Source: Nitrospirota bacterium
GTDB taxonomy: Bacteria; Nitrospirota; Thermodesulfovibrionia; Thermodesulfovibrionales; Dissulfurispiraceae
Assembly: GCA_963790025.1 (NCBI GenBank)
Contig: CAWBMP010000004.1
Span: 1,216,001-1,280,000 of the forward strand
Length of the DNA: 64,000 nt
Direction: 5' to 3'
The notes beneath the pieces were generated by a model. It searched no databases. It was not told where the DNA came from and saw only the letters and a list, made by a program, of their open reading frames with translations. The position numbers and the translations under genes are program-made. Shown here piece by piece: positions 47,620 to 58,835 of this stretch. Each line of letters begins with the position of its first letter. The first letter of the stretch is position 1.

Positions 47620-48270
47620 ATGATAGTCATTAAAATCTCCTTTATTTTCATAGTGTTTGCTCTCATCCACAGCCTTTGTTTACGAGAATTTGCAAAGGAC
47701 TTTGTTCAAAAGATTCTTGGCGAAGCATTTGTAAAATCCTTTTACCGCATTTCTTATACCTTTTTAAGTGTGATTACTACTGCTGTCGCTTTTGCACTTA
47801 TTTTGTCCCTTCCCGATCAAGCCGTATTCAAATGTCCTCCATTGCTTAGGTGGCTAATGTACCTGGTAAGATTTGCAGGGGTGCTATTCGGAGCGCTTAC
47901 CTTCAGGGTACTTGATTTCCGGGAATTCGCAGGATTCAGGCAGGCATGGCGCTATGTCCTGGGAGAAATCCCTTTGGGTGACAAAGAAGGGCTGACCATT
48001 AACAGGCTTATAACATCCGGCACTTATGGCATTGTAAGACATCCCCTTTATCTGGCCGGCATTGTCCTGTTCACTTTTGCACCTGATATGACCCGCAACT
48101 GGCTGACAGTGGCTGTTCTTGCCGATGCATACTTCATTTATGGAGCTGTTGCTGAAGAAAAGAAACTTATTGAGAGATTCGGAGACGAATATTTGCATTA
48201 CATGCAACGGGTCCCCATGTTTGTCCCCGGGTTAAAAATCAACAAGGAAAAACCTGCCAGGTTTTTGTAG
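47620..48270 (+). CDS. Isoprenylcysteine carboxyl methyltransferase / PEMT-like membrane protein
   Basis: GTYGIVRHPLY, EEKKLIERFGDEY...VP. Confidence 0.85.
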   Translation: MIVIKISFIFIVFALIHSLCLREFAKDFVQKILGEAFVKSFYRISYTFLSVITTAVAFALILSLPDQAVFKCPPLLRWLMYLVRFAGVLFGALTFRVLDFREFAGFRQAWRYVLGEIPLGDKEGLTINRLITSGTYGIVRHPLYLAGIVLFTFAPDMTRNWLTVAVLADAYFIYGAVAEEKKLIERFGDEYLHYMQRVPMFVPGLKINKEKPARFL

Positions 48271-48417
48271 GGGTGGACCCAAATGTCTCAAAATGTCAGA
48301 TAAACACCGATATGTTATTAGGCTATTTCTTACAGAAAAATCAGCCTTAGACTGATTTCATAATAAGTCCGGAACAGTTTAAAATCCAGATACTTCATTT
48401 TTAAGTGGAGGTGTAAA

Positions 48418-48588
48418 ATGAGTTGCCGGTATTTTAAGGAAGATTATGTAGCGTTTTGCAGTGCGTCTGACTTCCCTTATATCCCCAGCATATGTGAAAT
48501 GGAGCAACTTTGCTTTAAGGATTTCAGTGCCTGCCCAATTTGCCATGAAATTGAAGATAATAACGCTCTCGTTATCGGAAAAGTTTGA
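48418..48588 (+). CDS. 56-aa Cys-rich small protein
   Basis: Not in the ORF track. SD GGAGGTG; MSCRYFKEDYVAFCSASDFPYIPSICEMEQLCFKDFSACPICHEIEDNNALVIGKV*. Confidence 0.7.
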   Translation: MSCRYFKEDYVAFCSASDFPYIPSICEMEQLCFKDFSACPICHEIEDNNALVIGKV

Positions 48589-48617
48589 CCATAAAAAGTT
48601 AAATTAAGGAGGAACCA

Positions 48618-50144
48618 TTGAAAAAAGATTTCAGTCTTTTTAGAGAGGGCTTCGTCCAGCATGATGCGGACTATGCCGTTGCCGAAATCGACGAAATAGC
48701 TGCGACCGAAAGCGCCGTGCCGGTGGATACTGAAATAATTAAAGAATCCATCGAACAGGAGTATGATCCATTAAAAGCCTATCTGAAAGGTATAAGCCTG
48801 ATCCCACTTCTGACAAAAGAAGGAGAAGTTGCAATAGCCAGGCAAATTGAGACATGCAAATTCAAAATATGCAATGCAATTTTTACTATGCCTTTTTTTC
48901 TTAACAAGCTGGTGGCCCTGGGCCGGCTTGTGAAAAAAGGAGAGGCCCCACTTTCAGAATTTGTGCAGGACAGTGAAGATCTGCCGGAAGAAGAAATCCT
49001 GGCTGAGAAAAAACGGTTCACAAAGATTACCGAATCGATCAACAGTATTTTAAGCAGAAGGAGAAAGCTCGAAAGGGACGTCAGGCTTACCGCTGGAAGT
49101 AAAAGCTCAAAAACTCGGAAAAACCCGCTTACTGTAAAATTATTACAGGACAGCAAAAATCGCATTCTTAACAAGATTCAGGAGCTTAATCTTAAAGACA
49201 ACGTCATAAATGCCTTTTCGGAAGAATTAAAAAAGATGTGTGGTCACCTTGATCGCTATTATGAGGAATTACACAGGATAAAGGAAGCTAAGAGCAGCAC
49301 TTCGGAGTGCAGGCGATGCAGCGCTGAGATAAATAAGCTGGTATCCAGCCTGGGATTGAGTCCACTAGAAATAAAGCATATAGTCAAAGAACTTGAGGCG
49401 GCTGAAATCGAGCTGACCGAATCAAAGGGGAAGCTTGTAGAATCGAACCTCCGGCTGGTGATCAGCATCGCAAAACGCTATATGGGAAAGGGCCTGACCC
49501 TGGGGGACCTGATCCAGGAAGGCAACATCGGCCTCATGCGGGCGGTTGATAAATTCGAGTATCAGCGGGGGTATAAGTTCAGCACTTATGCCACGTGGTG
49601 GATACGGCAGGCGATCAGTCGTGCTATAGCAGACCAATCAAGGATTATTAGGATTCCAGTCCACATGATAGAAAATATCAACAGGGTCAATAAAATCACC
49701 AAGGAGCTTTTACAGGAACTCGGAGTCGAACCCTCACCGGAAGAGGTGGCTAAGGTTGCAAAGATGCCCCTTGATAAGGTCAGGAATATTCTAAAAATAT
49801 CAAAAGAACCTATTTCCATCGAAACGCCGATCGGCGAGGAAGACGACACTATGCTCAAAGACTTCATTGAGGACAAGTCGAATCTTTCCCCGCTGGAACT
49901 CGTAATGCAGGAAGACCTGAAAAAGCATGTTGACAGCTTGCTTAACTCACTCTCTCCCAAAGAGGAACTTGTATTGAGAAAAAGGTTCGGTATCGGCGAG
50001 GAGAACCCCCTCACGCTTGAAGAGGTCGGCCAGGCGTTCGATGTGACAAGGGAGCGTATCAGGCAAATACAAGTCAAGGCGATAAGGAAATTAAAACATC
50101 CCTCAAAGAGCCAGTGGCTGAAACATTTCCTCCTAAGCGCCTGA
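48618..50144 (+). CDS. RpoD-like sigma70 factor (no clear region 1.1)
   Basis: [56 protein letters not shown]. Confidence 0.92.
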   Translation: MKKDFSLFREGFVQHDADYAVAEIDEIAATESAVPVDTEIIKESIEQEYDPLKAYLKGISLIPLLTKEGEVAIARQIETCKFKICNAIFTMPFFLNKLVALGRLVKKGEAPLSEFVQDSEDLPEEEILAEKKRFTKITESINSILSRRRKLERDVRLTAGSKSSKTRKNPLTVKLLQDSKNRILNKIQELNLKDNVINAFSEELKKMCGHLDRYYEELHRIKEAKSSTSECRRCSAEINKLVSSLGLSPLEIKHIVKELEAAEIELTESKGKLVESNLRLVISIAKRYMGKGLTLGDLIQEGNIGLMRAVDKFEYQRGYKFSTYATWWIRQAISRAIADQSRIIRIPVHMIENINRVNKITKELLQELGVEPSPEEVAKVAKMPLDKVRNILKISKEPISIETPIGEEDDTMLKDFIEDKSNLSPLELVMQEDLKKHVDSLLNSLSPKEELVLRKRFGIGEENPLTLEEVGQAFDVTRERIRQIQVKAIRKLKHPSKSQWLKHFLLSA

Positions 50145-50162
50145 CCAATAAGAAAGCTGAGA

Positions 50163-50219
50163 GCTAAAAGACGAGAGCTAAGGGCAAAGAAAAAAAGCCT
50201 TAATCTCTCGTCTTTTAGC
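50163..50219. terminator. Hairpin between convergent sigma and purB genes
   Basis: GCTAAAAGACGAGAG...CTCTCGTCTTTTAGC. Confidence 0.55.
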
Positions 50220-50224
50220 CTCGT

Positions 50225-51517
50225 CTAACTGAATACGCGGCTGAAAATGAAATCTATGTGCCTTAAATAATATTTTAAATCGAATATTTCTTCTATTTCC
50301 CGGGGAGAAAGATATGCCCCGATGCCACCGTCTTTTTGGAGCAATGTCATAAAACTCACCCCCTTGCTCCAGCTTTCCATTGCATTCTTCTGGACCATCC
50401 CATATGCGTCCTCGCGCGAAACTCCCTTCTCAGTGAGGGCGAGCAAAACACGCTGGGAATTATAGAGCCCATAGCTCTTATCGATATTAGAGAGCATTTT
50501 TTGAGGATATATCTGGAGGTCGCTCAATATTCCGGTCAGCCGGTCGAGCATGTAATCAACAAGAATGGTGCTGTCGGGAATGATGATTCTCTCGACCGAG
50601 GAATGGGATATGTCCCTTTCATGCCAGAGGGCGACATCTTCGATTGCAGCAATAGTATTGGAGCGGACCAGCCGGGCGAGCCCCGACAGGTTTTCAGATC
50701 CCACAGGATTTCTCTTATGGGGCATGGCTGATGAGCCTTTCTGTCCTGTCGTAAAAGGCTCTTCCGCTTCACGAACTTCGGTCTTTTGCAGATGCCGTAT
50801 TTCAACGGCAATTTTCTCCAAGCCCGCAGCAATGAGCGCCATGACAGTCATAAACTCCGCGTGCCTGTCCCGTTGAATAATCTGTGTTGCCACTGGTTCA
50901 GGGGCGAGGCCGAGTTTCTTGCATACCCGCTCTTCCAGTTCAGGGGGAATATTTGAAAAAGTCCCGACTGCACCCGAAATTTTGCCGATGCTTATTATCT
51001 TCTTTGCCTGCTCAATCCTCTTGAGGTTTCTTTTTGCATCTTCGTACCAGAGGGCAAACTTCAGCCCGAATGTCATGGGTTCGGCATGGATGCCATGGCT
51101 CCTGCCCATGCAGGGGGCGTCCTTATAAGCAAATGCCTGCTTTTTCAAAACACTCATCAACTCACTGAGATCATCAATTATGATATCGGCTGCCTGCATC
51201 ATCAGCAGAGAAAGAGCGGTATCGAGCACGTCAGACGATGTGAGTCCTTTGTGAATGAATCTCGATTCCGGCCCAACGTGCTCGGCTACAGAGGTCAGGA
51301 AAGCTATGACATCGTGCTTTACTGTTTTTTCAATTTCATCAATCCGTCCAATATCGAATCCGGCTTTTTCCTTTATGATTTTTACTGCCCCGGCAGGGAT
51401 TTCGCCCATTTCGGCCCATGCCTCGCATACTGCTATTTCGACCTCCAGCCATTTCTGAAACTTGTTGACCGGGTCCCATAATTTCCCCATTTCAGGACGA
51501 GTGTACCGCTCTATCAT
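50225..51517 (-). CDS. purB: Adenylosuccinate lyase
   Basis: MIERY, HDVIAF, GSSAMPHKRNP, HERDISHSS. Confidence 0.97.
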   Translation of the reverse strand: MIERYTRPEMGKLWDPVNKFQKWLEVEIAVCEAWAEMGEIPAGAVKIIKEKAGFDIGRIDEIEKTVKHDVIAFLTSVAEHVGPESRFIHKGLTSSDVLDTALSLLMMQAADIIIDDLSELMSVLKKQAFAYKDAPCMGRSHGIHAEPMTFGLKFALWYEDAKRNLKRIEQAKKIISIGKISGAVGTFSNIPPELEERVCKKLGLAPEPVATQIIQRDRHAEFMTVMALIAAGLEKIAVEIRHLQKTEVREAEEPFTTGQKGSSAMPHKRNPVGSENLSGLARLVRSNTIAAIEDVALWHERDISHSSVERIIIPDSTILVDYMLDRLTGILSDLQIYPQKMLSNIDKSYGLYNSQRVLLALTEKGVSREDAYGMVQKNAMESWSKGVSFMTLLQKDGGIGAYLSPREIEEIFDLKYYLRHIDFIFSRVFS

Positions 51518-51531
51518 TTTGCTCTCCTCTC

Positions 51532-52407
51532 TTAAATATTTAACAATCTTACTATCTTAATCGAGTCTGCAACGACTTTTCCAATGCCGAATGTATTCCC
51601 TTCCGGATTCTTAAGCCTTACAAATGGAGCATCCTTGTCCACTGTCTCTTGACACTCCCGTTTTAATCTGACGGGATTGCCATTGCTCGCCCGCAGGTAT
51701 TCATCCTTATCCAGAAGTATTGCACGCAGATGCTTTAGCGCCGCATCAAGCGTATGCAAGGCCTCCGTCTTATGGGGGAGTTCGTCGATTGTGGCTGCAT
51801 TCTGAAGAATGAAATCCCCAATCCTGGCCCTGGCAAGTTCTGTGACATGCGCACCGGTGCCGAGGGCGTTGCCGATGTCATTGCACAGTGAACGGATATA
51901 CGTTCCTTTTGAACAGGCGACATTCAGCCGGAGATACGGCATATTAAACTCCAATATTTCAATTGAATAGATGGTTATCAGTCTCGGTTTTCTGTCGACC
52001 TCGATGCCCTTTCTGGCAAGTTCATAGAGAGGCTTGCCACCTATTTTGATCGCCGAAAACATTGGCGGCGTTTGCTCGACTTCGCCTCTAAACCGGGGCA
52101 GTATTGTTTCTATGTCATTCCGTGTAACCACTGGGGTCATGGCCCGGTGAGTTATAATGCCTTCGGAGTCATACGTATTTGTGGATTCACCGAGCTTTGC
52201 CGTTACAATGTATTCTTTATCCAGATCAGACAGGTAACCGGCAATTTTGGTGGCTTCGTTCAGGCATATGAGAAGAACCCCGGTCGCCATAGGATCAAGT
52301 GTGCCCGCATGGCCTGCCTTGCGGACTTTGAAGAGTTTCTTTACCGCGGTAACAGCATCATGGGAGGTGCTGTCACGGCGTTTGTTGAATTGAAGTACTA
52401 TATTCAC
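51532..52407 (-). CDS. truB: tRNA pseudouridine(55) synthase
   Basis: GHAGTLDPMATG, PPMFSAIK, CSKGTYIRSL. Confidence 0.96.
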   Translation of the reverse strand: MNIVLQFNKRRDSTSHDAVTAVKKLFKVRKAGHAGTLDPMATGVLLICLNEATKIAGYLSDLDKEYIVTAKLGESTNTYDSEGIITHRAMTPVVTRNDIETILPRFRGEVEQTPPMFSAIKIGGKPLYELARKGIEVDRKPRLITIYSIEILEFNMPYLRLNVACSKGTYIRSLCNDIGNALGTGAHVTELARARIGDFILQNAATIDELPHKTEALHTLDAALKHLRAILLDKDEYLRASNGNPVRLKRECQETVDKDAPFVRLKNPEGNTFGIGKVVADSIKIVRLLNI

Positions 52408-52414
52408 ACTTTTT

Positions 52415-54610
52415 TTATTGGATCGCGGGAAGAGTTCCGAGTCCTTTCAGTGTAAGAAGAAACAATAGGCTGGTCTCCGAAGGATGTATTGTATCAGGCG
52501 GCTTCCTCTGGAATGATGCATCAATACTCCAGCATTGTTTGGTATAAATGGCATGCAGTGCATAGTCACGCAGACCTACATTGCTGTCATAAAACACATT
52601 TGCGGCAGCCGTCAATGTCTTGCTTACAACACTGGTGACGCTGAAACTATACTGTTCCGTACTGACTGCCGGCGGGGCCGCATACGTATAATACCGTCCA
52701 ATGGACGCAGTCGTCCCCGGATAAACTGTTGCCGAAAGGCTGCCGTTGAAGGTCTGCACTATCATAGTATTCAAATCGTCTGTCATGGTCAGGTTTAAGC
52801 TGTAAGGCCCGTGGCTTATAGACCAATCCAGTTCGGTAGGCTGAAGTGGGTGCGCCGGAGCGACAGCGGTTAAATCATATGGCTGTATGAGACGGGTTGA
52901 AATAGAGACGCTTTTTAAGGTGAGCGTGTCCAATACAGCAATTTGCCCCAAAGAGGACTTATTATTATTCCCGGCGATTTTGTTGGCCCAGTCAACGGAA
53001 TCAAAGAGAGGCAATGGATGAGTGGTGAAAGCGGGATTAAAAGAATACGAAATCGAAGGCTCAATACTATTGGTGCCTGATTCATATTGTTTAAAAAACC
53101 TTGTCAATGCCTTTGCCGTATATTGAAGGGTTTCACGATGAGGGTCGGAGCTTACAGTGCTGTTAGCAGTGCCGATAGTAGTAGTGGTCCCGATAGTAGT
53201 ACCCATATTCGAGAGTTTATAGGCGGTTTCATCCAATGAAAGTGATTGAAAGAACTGCACCCAGTCACCGAATGTATATGAGATAGTCGGGTTGATATCG
53301 AGCCGCTGCCCTGTTGCGCTATTGATGTCAAGCGACTGAACACCTGGATTGGTTGATCTTGTAAAATTAGCGATGCTCGAATTCATGGAAAAAAGCAGCG
53401 GTCCGATGCTGGTTGTGTTGACAACATACCCCAGTTCGGGCAGCCGCTGGGCCACATTGGGCTGGGCCGGCAGAGGGGGTGTCTGCAGTTGAGGAGGTTG
53501 CTGCAGGTCTACCCAGTACTGGCCGAGAAGGTAGAGACGGGAGTCCTTAAAGGGGACGGAAATTTCTCCGGAGGATTGGGTATACCGTTCTATCCTTTCG
53601 CTCCGTTGGGTCGAAAATTGATTATAGTAGTCCCACTGGTTGACATAATTGATATCGACATACGTCTTGATGTCACCGAACATCTGGTCATGACTGCCCT
53701 TAAATACCAAATTGGTTTTATGTTCCACACTATCGCTTAGGTGATACACAGACCACTTACCTTTATCGTCAAAATCAAGGTACCGGTATTCAAGCCCTTC
53801 CCCTGTGCCACGTTTGCTGTAATAATCGAGAGAGAGCGTTGCATCCTTGTTCTCGTCGATGGCCCAGAAAAATTTGGGGCTGAATTGGAAGCCCTTTACA
53901 GAGCTGTTGCCAAAAAGAGGAGTCAGCAATCCGGTTTCGCGGTCTTTGCCTACAGGCAACCTGAAATAAGGCGAGTAGAGTAACGGCAAACCGTCAACAC
54001 GATACACCATATTCTTGCCGGCAACTCTGTCGCCAATGAGAATATCGACATTACTGCCTTTAAAACACCAGTCAGGGCTGTCAGCACCGAACACTTTGTT
54101 CTCATAAGGACTCTTGTATCGGCCTTCGACCTCAGCTATGGTTTCGCAGGAGGTAAACGTTGCAGCCGTCGCATAGTAATGGGAGTCATCTATTTTTTCG
54201 ACTTTATCGCTGTTGACCCAGAAATCGATCTTTCCTCCAGCTCCCGCCTTCGCCTTTTGGTCCTTAAGCAGGATGACTGCATTGTACATTTTCCCGGTCC
54301 TCGTGTCGAGACTCAACTCGGCACGCTCCGAGTTTATCAATGTAGTCGGGTCTTCGTAAATAACATGGCCTTCCACCTCGACATAGGCAGCTTTTTCAAA
54401 TAAGACCGCCCTGTCGGCATACACAACGGTTTTGTCCTTTTCAAGTTTGACATTGCCGGTTGCAACATACTTGTCTTCTTCCTTAAAGTGTTCCAAATAG
54501 TCTGCCGTGATTGTTGTCGGAGACGCCGCCTGAAGGGCAGAAAAAAGGGGTAAAAAACAAAAGGTAATAAAAACAAAGCACGTTAAAGTAAACCAGGAGG
54601 CTTTAGACAC
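52415..54610 (-). CDS. lptD: LPS-assembly protein LptD
   Basis: Signal peptide; OstA-like N-domain (ITAD, ATFTSC), RETGLLTP, RLPEL, QCW. Confidence 0.85.
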   Translation of the reverse strand: MSKASWFTLTCFVFITFCFLPLFSALQAASPTTITADYLEHFKEEDKYVATGNVKLEKDKTVVYADRAVLFEKAAYVEVEGHVIYEDPTTLINSERAELSLDTRTGKMYNAVILLKDQKAKAGAGGKIDFWVNSDKVEKIDDSHYYATAATFTSCETIAEVEGRYKSPYENKVFGADSPDWCFKGSNVDILIGDRVAGKNMVYRVDGLPLLYSPYFRLPVGKDRETGLLTPLFGNSSVKGFQFSPKFFWAIDENKDATLSLDYYSKRGTGEGLEYRYLDFDDKGKWSVYHLSDSVEHKTNLVFKGSHDQMFGDIKTYVDINYVNQWDYYNQFSTQRSERIERYTQSSGEISVPFKDSRLYLLGQYWVDLQQPPQLQTPPLPAQPNVAQRLPELGYVVNTTSIGPLLFSMNSSIANFTRSTNPGVQSLDINSATGQRLDINPTISYTFGDWVQFFQSLSLDETAYKLSNMGTTIGTTTTIGTANSTVSSDPHRETLQYTAKALTRFFKQYESGTNSIEPSISYSFNPAFTTHPLPLFDSVDWANKIAGNNNKSSLGQIAVLDTLTLKSVSISTRLIQPYDLTAVAPAHPLQPTELDWSISHGPYSLNLTMTDDLNTMIVQTFNGSLSATVYPGTTASIGRYYTYAAPPAVSTEQYSFSVTSVVSKTLTAAANVFYDSNVGLRDYALHAIYTKQCWSIDASFQRKPPDTIHPSETSLLFLLTLKGLGTLPAIQ

Positions 54611-55997
54611 GATTATAGTTCTCCCTTAAATCCCCTAATACCGCTTTTTCTCCCAGCGACTCCTTTGCTTCGCCTATCGTGAAAAAAGAGCCGGTAATAA
54701 CTATAAGCGCCGGCTCCGGAAGATTGGACGGCTGGTAAAGCGCGGTCTTTTTTGCCAGTGCAATTGCATCACTTATGGAAGAGGCAACAGTAGACTGAAA
54801 GCCCAGTGATGCAGCGTGCTCAGCAAGCAGACCGGGCGGCGCCGATCTTCCATAAAGGAGCGCAGTAAAAATTACTTTGGATGCAAGAGGCAGAAGGGGA
54901 GCAAGTATACCGGCAATATCTTTGTCCGACATGATTCCCGCGATGAGGATGACCCGATAATTTGTGAACTGTTTTCTTATAAATTCAGCGAGGGCAGACG
55001 CAGCGTTAGGGTTATGGGCCCCGTCAAGTATGATCGGCGGATTGCCATCTACGAGTTCGAGCCTTCCCAGCCACCTGGTGGCTTCAAGACCTTCCCTTAC
55101 TGCTTTCAGCGTACTGCGTTCTGCGTACTGAGTTACAAAATCACACTTTCTACTATTTTTACCGGAGAGCGTCGTACTCAGTATGCTGAACGCTTTAACG
55201 GCAACGCACGCGTTGATGACCTGATGCTCTCCGGCAAGCGGAACATGAAGATCGATAAAAGTTTGACCATCGCTGCAATAGTCTAACCTTGTTCCCGCCA
55301 GGTCCGTTGATTTCAAAGTGCCGCTGAAATCCTTGCCATAGATAAAAAAAGGTGATGACTCCGCATCTGCTTTGTCGCGTAGTATCTGCTCCACTTCCTG
55401 CTCTTGCATTGAACAAACAACCGGAACGCCATTCTTTATAATGCCTGCCTTCTCTGACGCAATTTCGCCGATAGAATTTCCGAGGAACTCTTTATGGTCA
55501 TAACTGATACCGGTGATAACAGAAACTGCAGGCAGTACGGTGTTGGTTGCATCCAGTCTGCCGCCCATCCCGACCTCGATAACAGCCCAGTCAACCTTGT
55601 TTCTGGCGAAATACAGAAAAGCCATAGCTGTTACAAACTCAAAAAATGTAGGTTCCCCTGCCTGAGCAGTAACGGGAGCCGATACTTCTTTTAATTCCCC
55701 TGTGAGCCGTTCCACTTCTGTTTCTGAAATCTGATTATTGTTTATCCTTATCCTCTCGGTAAAGCTGACCATGTGCGGGGAGGTAAAGAGTCCGACGCTG
55801 AAACCCCTGGACATAAGCATGGAGGCGATCATAGCCGATACCGAGCCTTTGCCGTTTGTGCCGGCAACATGCACTGAAAGGAACTCGTGGTGGGGATTGC
55901 TCAGGACGGCAAGGAGTTTTTCAGTCCTTTCGAGACCGAGCTTTATGCTGTGTTTCTGTAGGTCATACAGGTATTTGATAGCGCCGATATAACTCAT
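54603..55997 (-). CDS. folC: Bifunctional folylpolyglutamate/dihydrofolate synthase
   Basis: HVAGTNGKGS, TSPH, EVGMGGRLDATN, DGAHN. Confidence 0.96.
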   Translation of the reverse strand: MSYIGAIKYLYDLQKHSIKLGLERTEKLLAVLSNPHHEFLSVHVAGTNGKGSVSAMIASMLMSRGFSVGLFTSPHMVSFTERIRINNNQISETEVERLTGELKEVSAPVTAQAGEPTFFEFVTAMAFLYFARNKVDWAVIEVGMGGRLDATNTVLPAVSVITGISYDHKEFLGNSIGEIASEKAGIIKNGVPVVCSMQEQEVEQILRDKADAESSPFFIYGKDFSGTLKSTDLAGTRLDYCSDGQTFIDLHVPLAGEHQVINACVAVKAFSILSTTLSGKNSRKCDFVTQYAERSTLKAVREGLEATRWLGRLELVDGNPPIILDGAHNPNAASALAEFIRKQFTNYRVILIAGIMSDKDIAGILAPLLPLASKVIFTALLYGRSAPPGLLAEHAASLGFQSTVASSISDAIALAKKTALYQPSNLPEPALIVITGSFFTIGEAKESLGEKAVLGDLRENYNRV

Positions 55998-56845
55998 GGT
56001 TCCTGGGGTGCGGAGGACAAATGATCAAGCAAGATGAATATGGTATTTTTCAGTTCTTTTCTCTCGACAACAAGGTCTAGCATGCCATGATCGAGCAGGA
56101 ATTCGGCCCTCTGAAAGTTTTCAGGCAGTTGCTGCTTGATGGTTTGCTCAATCACCCGGGGGCCGGCAAAACCAATGAGGCTTTTGGGCTCGGCGACAAT
56201 GATATCGCCAAGCATGGCGAAGCTTGCAGTAACCCCGCCGAAAGTGGGGTCCGCGAGAATGGAGATATACGGGACCCCGTTCTCCCTTAGCCTTCCGATG
56301 GCAGCAGATACCTTTGCCATTTGCATAAGCGAGAACATGCCCTCCTGCATACGCGCGCCCCCGGAAGACGAAACGGTTATAAGAGGTATTTTCTGTTCCA
56401 TGGAGCGCTCTGCGGCCCGTGCGATTTTTTCACCCACAACAGAGCCCATGCTTCCACCCATAAAAGAAAAATCCATTATGGCCAGCACGACCGGTCTCCC
56501 GTTTATCGTAGCGTTTCCGTATATGGCCGCTTCTTTAAGTCCGCTTTTTTTTATATTTTCCTTGAGTCTGTCTTTGTAAGAGATGGAATCTTTAAATTCA
56601 AGGGGATCGGCAGTAGCGAGATCGCTATCGATCTCGACGAAGCTGCCCTCATCAGCTATGAACCGGATGCGTTCGGAAGCGCTAATCCGGAAGTGGTAGT
56701 TGCATTTTGGACAGACCTGGAGATTCTTCTCAATTTCCTTTTTATAGATAATCTCCTTGCAACTGTCGCATTTTATCCACAACCCCTCGGGGATTTTAAC
56801 TTTTTTTTCTGTTCTAATTTCCTTTTTTTTCTTAAACCAGCTCAA
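55994..56845 (-). CDS. accD: Acetyl-CoA carboxylase carboxyltransferase beta subunit
   Basis: PEGLWIKC zinc finger, GGSMGSVVGE, GGARMQEG, FAGPRVI. Confidence 0.97.
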   Translation of the reverse strand: MSWFKKKKEIRTEKKVKIPEGLWIKCDSCKEIIYKKEIEKNLQVCPKCNYHFRISASERIRFIADEGSFVEIDSDLATADPLEFKDSISYKDRLKENIKKSGLKEAAIYGNATINGRPVVLAIMDFSFMGGSMGSVVGEKIARAAERSMEQKIPLITVSSSGGARMQEGMFSLMQMAKVSAAIGRLRENGVPYISILADPTFGGVTASFAMLGDIIVAEPKSLIGFAGPRVIEQTIKQQLPENFQRAEFLLDHGMLDLVVERKELKNTIFILLDHLSSAPQEP

Positions 56846-57642
56846 ATCGCTTCCCTTAGTCCCCTGATAAAGATTTCCGCCTGTTCAGGAGTTTCGTTAA
56901 GAACTTTTACCAGCGCACTCCCCACAATAACGCCATCTGCTACCTGTGCTACTACTCGGGCCTGCTCCGGGGTTGCAATACCAAAGCCGACTGCCACCGG
57001 CTTATCCGTGGCCTTTTTAAGCAGGCTTAAACGGTCATTGAACTCCTGGTCAAGTTCGAGTTTAGACCCTGTAATACCGGTCATGGAAACATAATATACA
57101 AAACCGCTGCTGGCCAATGCTATCTTTTTTATACGTGCGGCCGTCGAGGTCGGAGCAGTGAGGAAAATTGTATCAATGCGCCTTCCACCTGATGCGTCCC
57201 TCGACAGTCTCATGAGCACTCCTGCCTCTTCGGGGGGGAGATCGGGAACAATGACCCCGTCGACCCCCGCCTGTATTGCATCCCGGATAAAAGCCTCCTC
57301 TCCATATTTAAATAAGGGGTTGTAGTAAGTCATAAGTATCAGCGGTATTTCAGTGTGGAGCCTGATCTCCCTTACCAGGGAGAGTACTTTCCTGAGTGTA
57401 GTCCCTGATTTCAAGGCCCTTCCCGCAGCTTTTTGTATGGTAGGGCCATCGGCAAGGGGATCTGAAAAAGGCACCCCGAGCTCAATAATGTCAGCTCCGC
57501 AGCGCTCCAAAAGCAAGACGTATTTCAGTGTTGTTTCGGTATCAGGGTCGCCTGCCATCAGGTAGGGGATAAACGCTTTCTTATTCTGCACCCGTACTGC
57601 TCCGAACAAAGTGGATATTTTGGTTTTTTTCATGGGTTTCAC
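56842..57642 (-). CDS. trpA: Tryptophan synthase alpha subunit
   Basis: [32 protein letters not shown]. Confidence 0.97.
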   Translation of the reverse strand: MKPMKKTKISTLFGAVRVQNKKAFIPYLMAGDPDTETTLKYVLLLERCGADIIELGVPFSDPLADGPTIQKAAGRALKSGTTLRKVLSLVREIRLHTEIPLILMTYYNPLFKYGEEAFIRDAIQAGVDGVIVPDLPPEEAGVLMRLSRDASGGRRIDTIFLTAPTSTAARIKKIALASSGFVYYVSMTGITGSKLELDQEFNDRLSLLKKATDKPVAVGFGIATPEQARVVAQVADGVIVGSALVKVLNETPEQAEIFIRGLREAI

Positions 57643-58835
57643 TCGCAGAGATTAATTCCTTTTATCTTTGCCACCTGTTGTACATCTTTATCTCCCCTGC
57701 CGGAAAGATTGACAATTATTATACTATCGCTAGGCATTTCCGGGGCCCGCTTCATCACTTCTGCAATGGCATGGGCGGATTCAAGTGCCGGGATTATGCC
57801 TTCGGTCTGAGAGAGCATTTCAAATGCCGACAAGGCTTCATCATCAGTTGCGAAGGTATACTGTATTCTTCCTGATTCCTTGAGGTGTGAGTGCTCGGGA
57901 CCCACAGACGCATAGTCGAGTCCCGCTGAAACAGAGTGGGTGTCGAGAACGTTACCGTCGTCATCCTGAAGCAGGTACGTTTTACATCCCTGTAAGATGC
58001 CGACCGAACCGCCGGCAAACCGCGCCGCATGCTTCCCAGACCCGATTCCCTGCCCTCCCGCCTCAACACCGATCATCCTGATCTCAGTATCCAGAAATTC
58101 ATTAAACAAGCCGATTGCATTACTGCCCCCGCCCACGCAGGCTATTAAACAATCCGGCAACCGGCCCTCTGTTTTAAGTATCTGCCTGGCCGCCTCCTTT
58201 CCTATAACTGACTGAAAGTCTCTCACCAGCATAGGAAAGGGATGCGGACCAAAGGCGGTCCCAAGAACGTAATGGGTGGTACGGACATTGGTGGTCCAAT
58301 CTCTGAGCGCCTCATTAATGGCATCTTTGAGCGTCCTGGAGCCAATATCGACCTCTTTGACCGTGGCGCCGAGAAGCTTCATTCTGAACACATTCAAAGC
58401 CTGCCTCTGTATATCGACCGTTCCCATATAAATATCGCATTCTAATCCTGTGAAGGCGGCGCCTGTAGCGGTTGCCACACCATGCTGCCCGGCACCGGTT
58501 TCAGCTATTAACCTTCTCTTGCCCATTTTTTTTGCAAGGAGGGCCTGTCCCAACGCATTATTGATTTTATGCGCTCCGGTATGGGCCAGATCTTCACGCT
58601 TTAAATATATTTTTGCGCCACGTAGCTTTTCGGTCAGCCGTTTAGCGAAATAGAGGGGGGTCGGTCTTCCTATGTAGGTTGACTGCAGATGCCGCAGTTC
58701 TTTTTGGAACGCAGCGTCCTTCCTGGCTTCATTATAGGCCTCCTCAAGTTCTTCAAGCGCTGGAATAAGTGTTTCCGGGGCAAATCTGCCGCCATAAAGC
58801 CCAAAGTATCCCCGTTTGTCAGGCAGGTTCTTAAT
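57639..58835 (-). CDS. trpB: Tryptophan synthase beta subunit (non-canonical ATT start or frameshift)
   Basis: The frame of ORF 57639-58553 stays open upstream: [17 protein letters not shown]...[18 protein letters not shown] at 58835 with GGAG 7 nt upstream gives 398 aa. Confidence 0.92.
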   Translation of the reverse strand: MKNLPDKRGYFGLYGGRFAPETLIPALEELEEAYNEARKDAAFQKELRHLQSTYIGRPTPLYFAKRLTEKLRGAKIYLKREDLAHTGAHKINNALGQALLAKKMGKRRLIAETGAGQHGVATATGAAFTGLECDIYMGTVDIQRQALNVFRMKLLGATVKEVDIGSRTLKDAINEALRDWTTNVRTTHYVLGTAFGPHPFPMLVRDFQSVIGKEAARQILKTEGRLPDCLIACVGGGSNAIGLFNEFLDTEIRMIGVEAGGQGIGSGKHAARFAGGSVGILQGCKTYLLQDDDGNVLDTHSVSAGLDYASVGPEHSHLKESGRIQYTFATDDEALSAFEMLSQTEGIIPALESAHAIAEVMKRAPEMPSDSIIIVNLSGRGDKDVQQVAKIKGINLCE

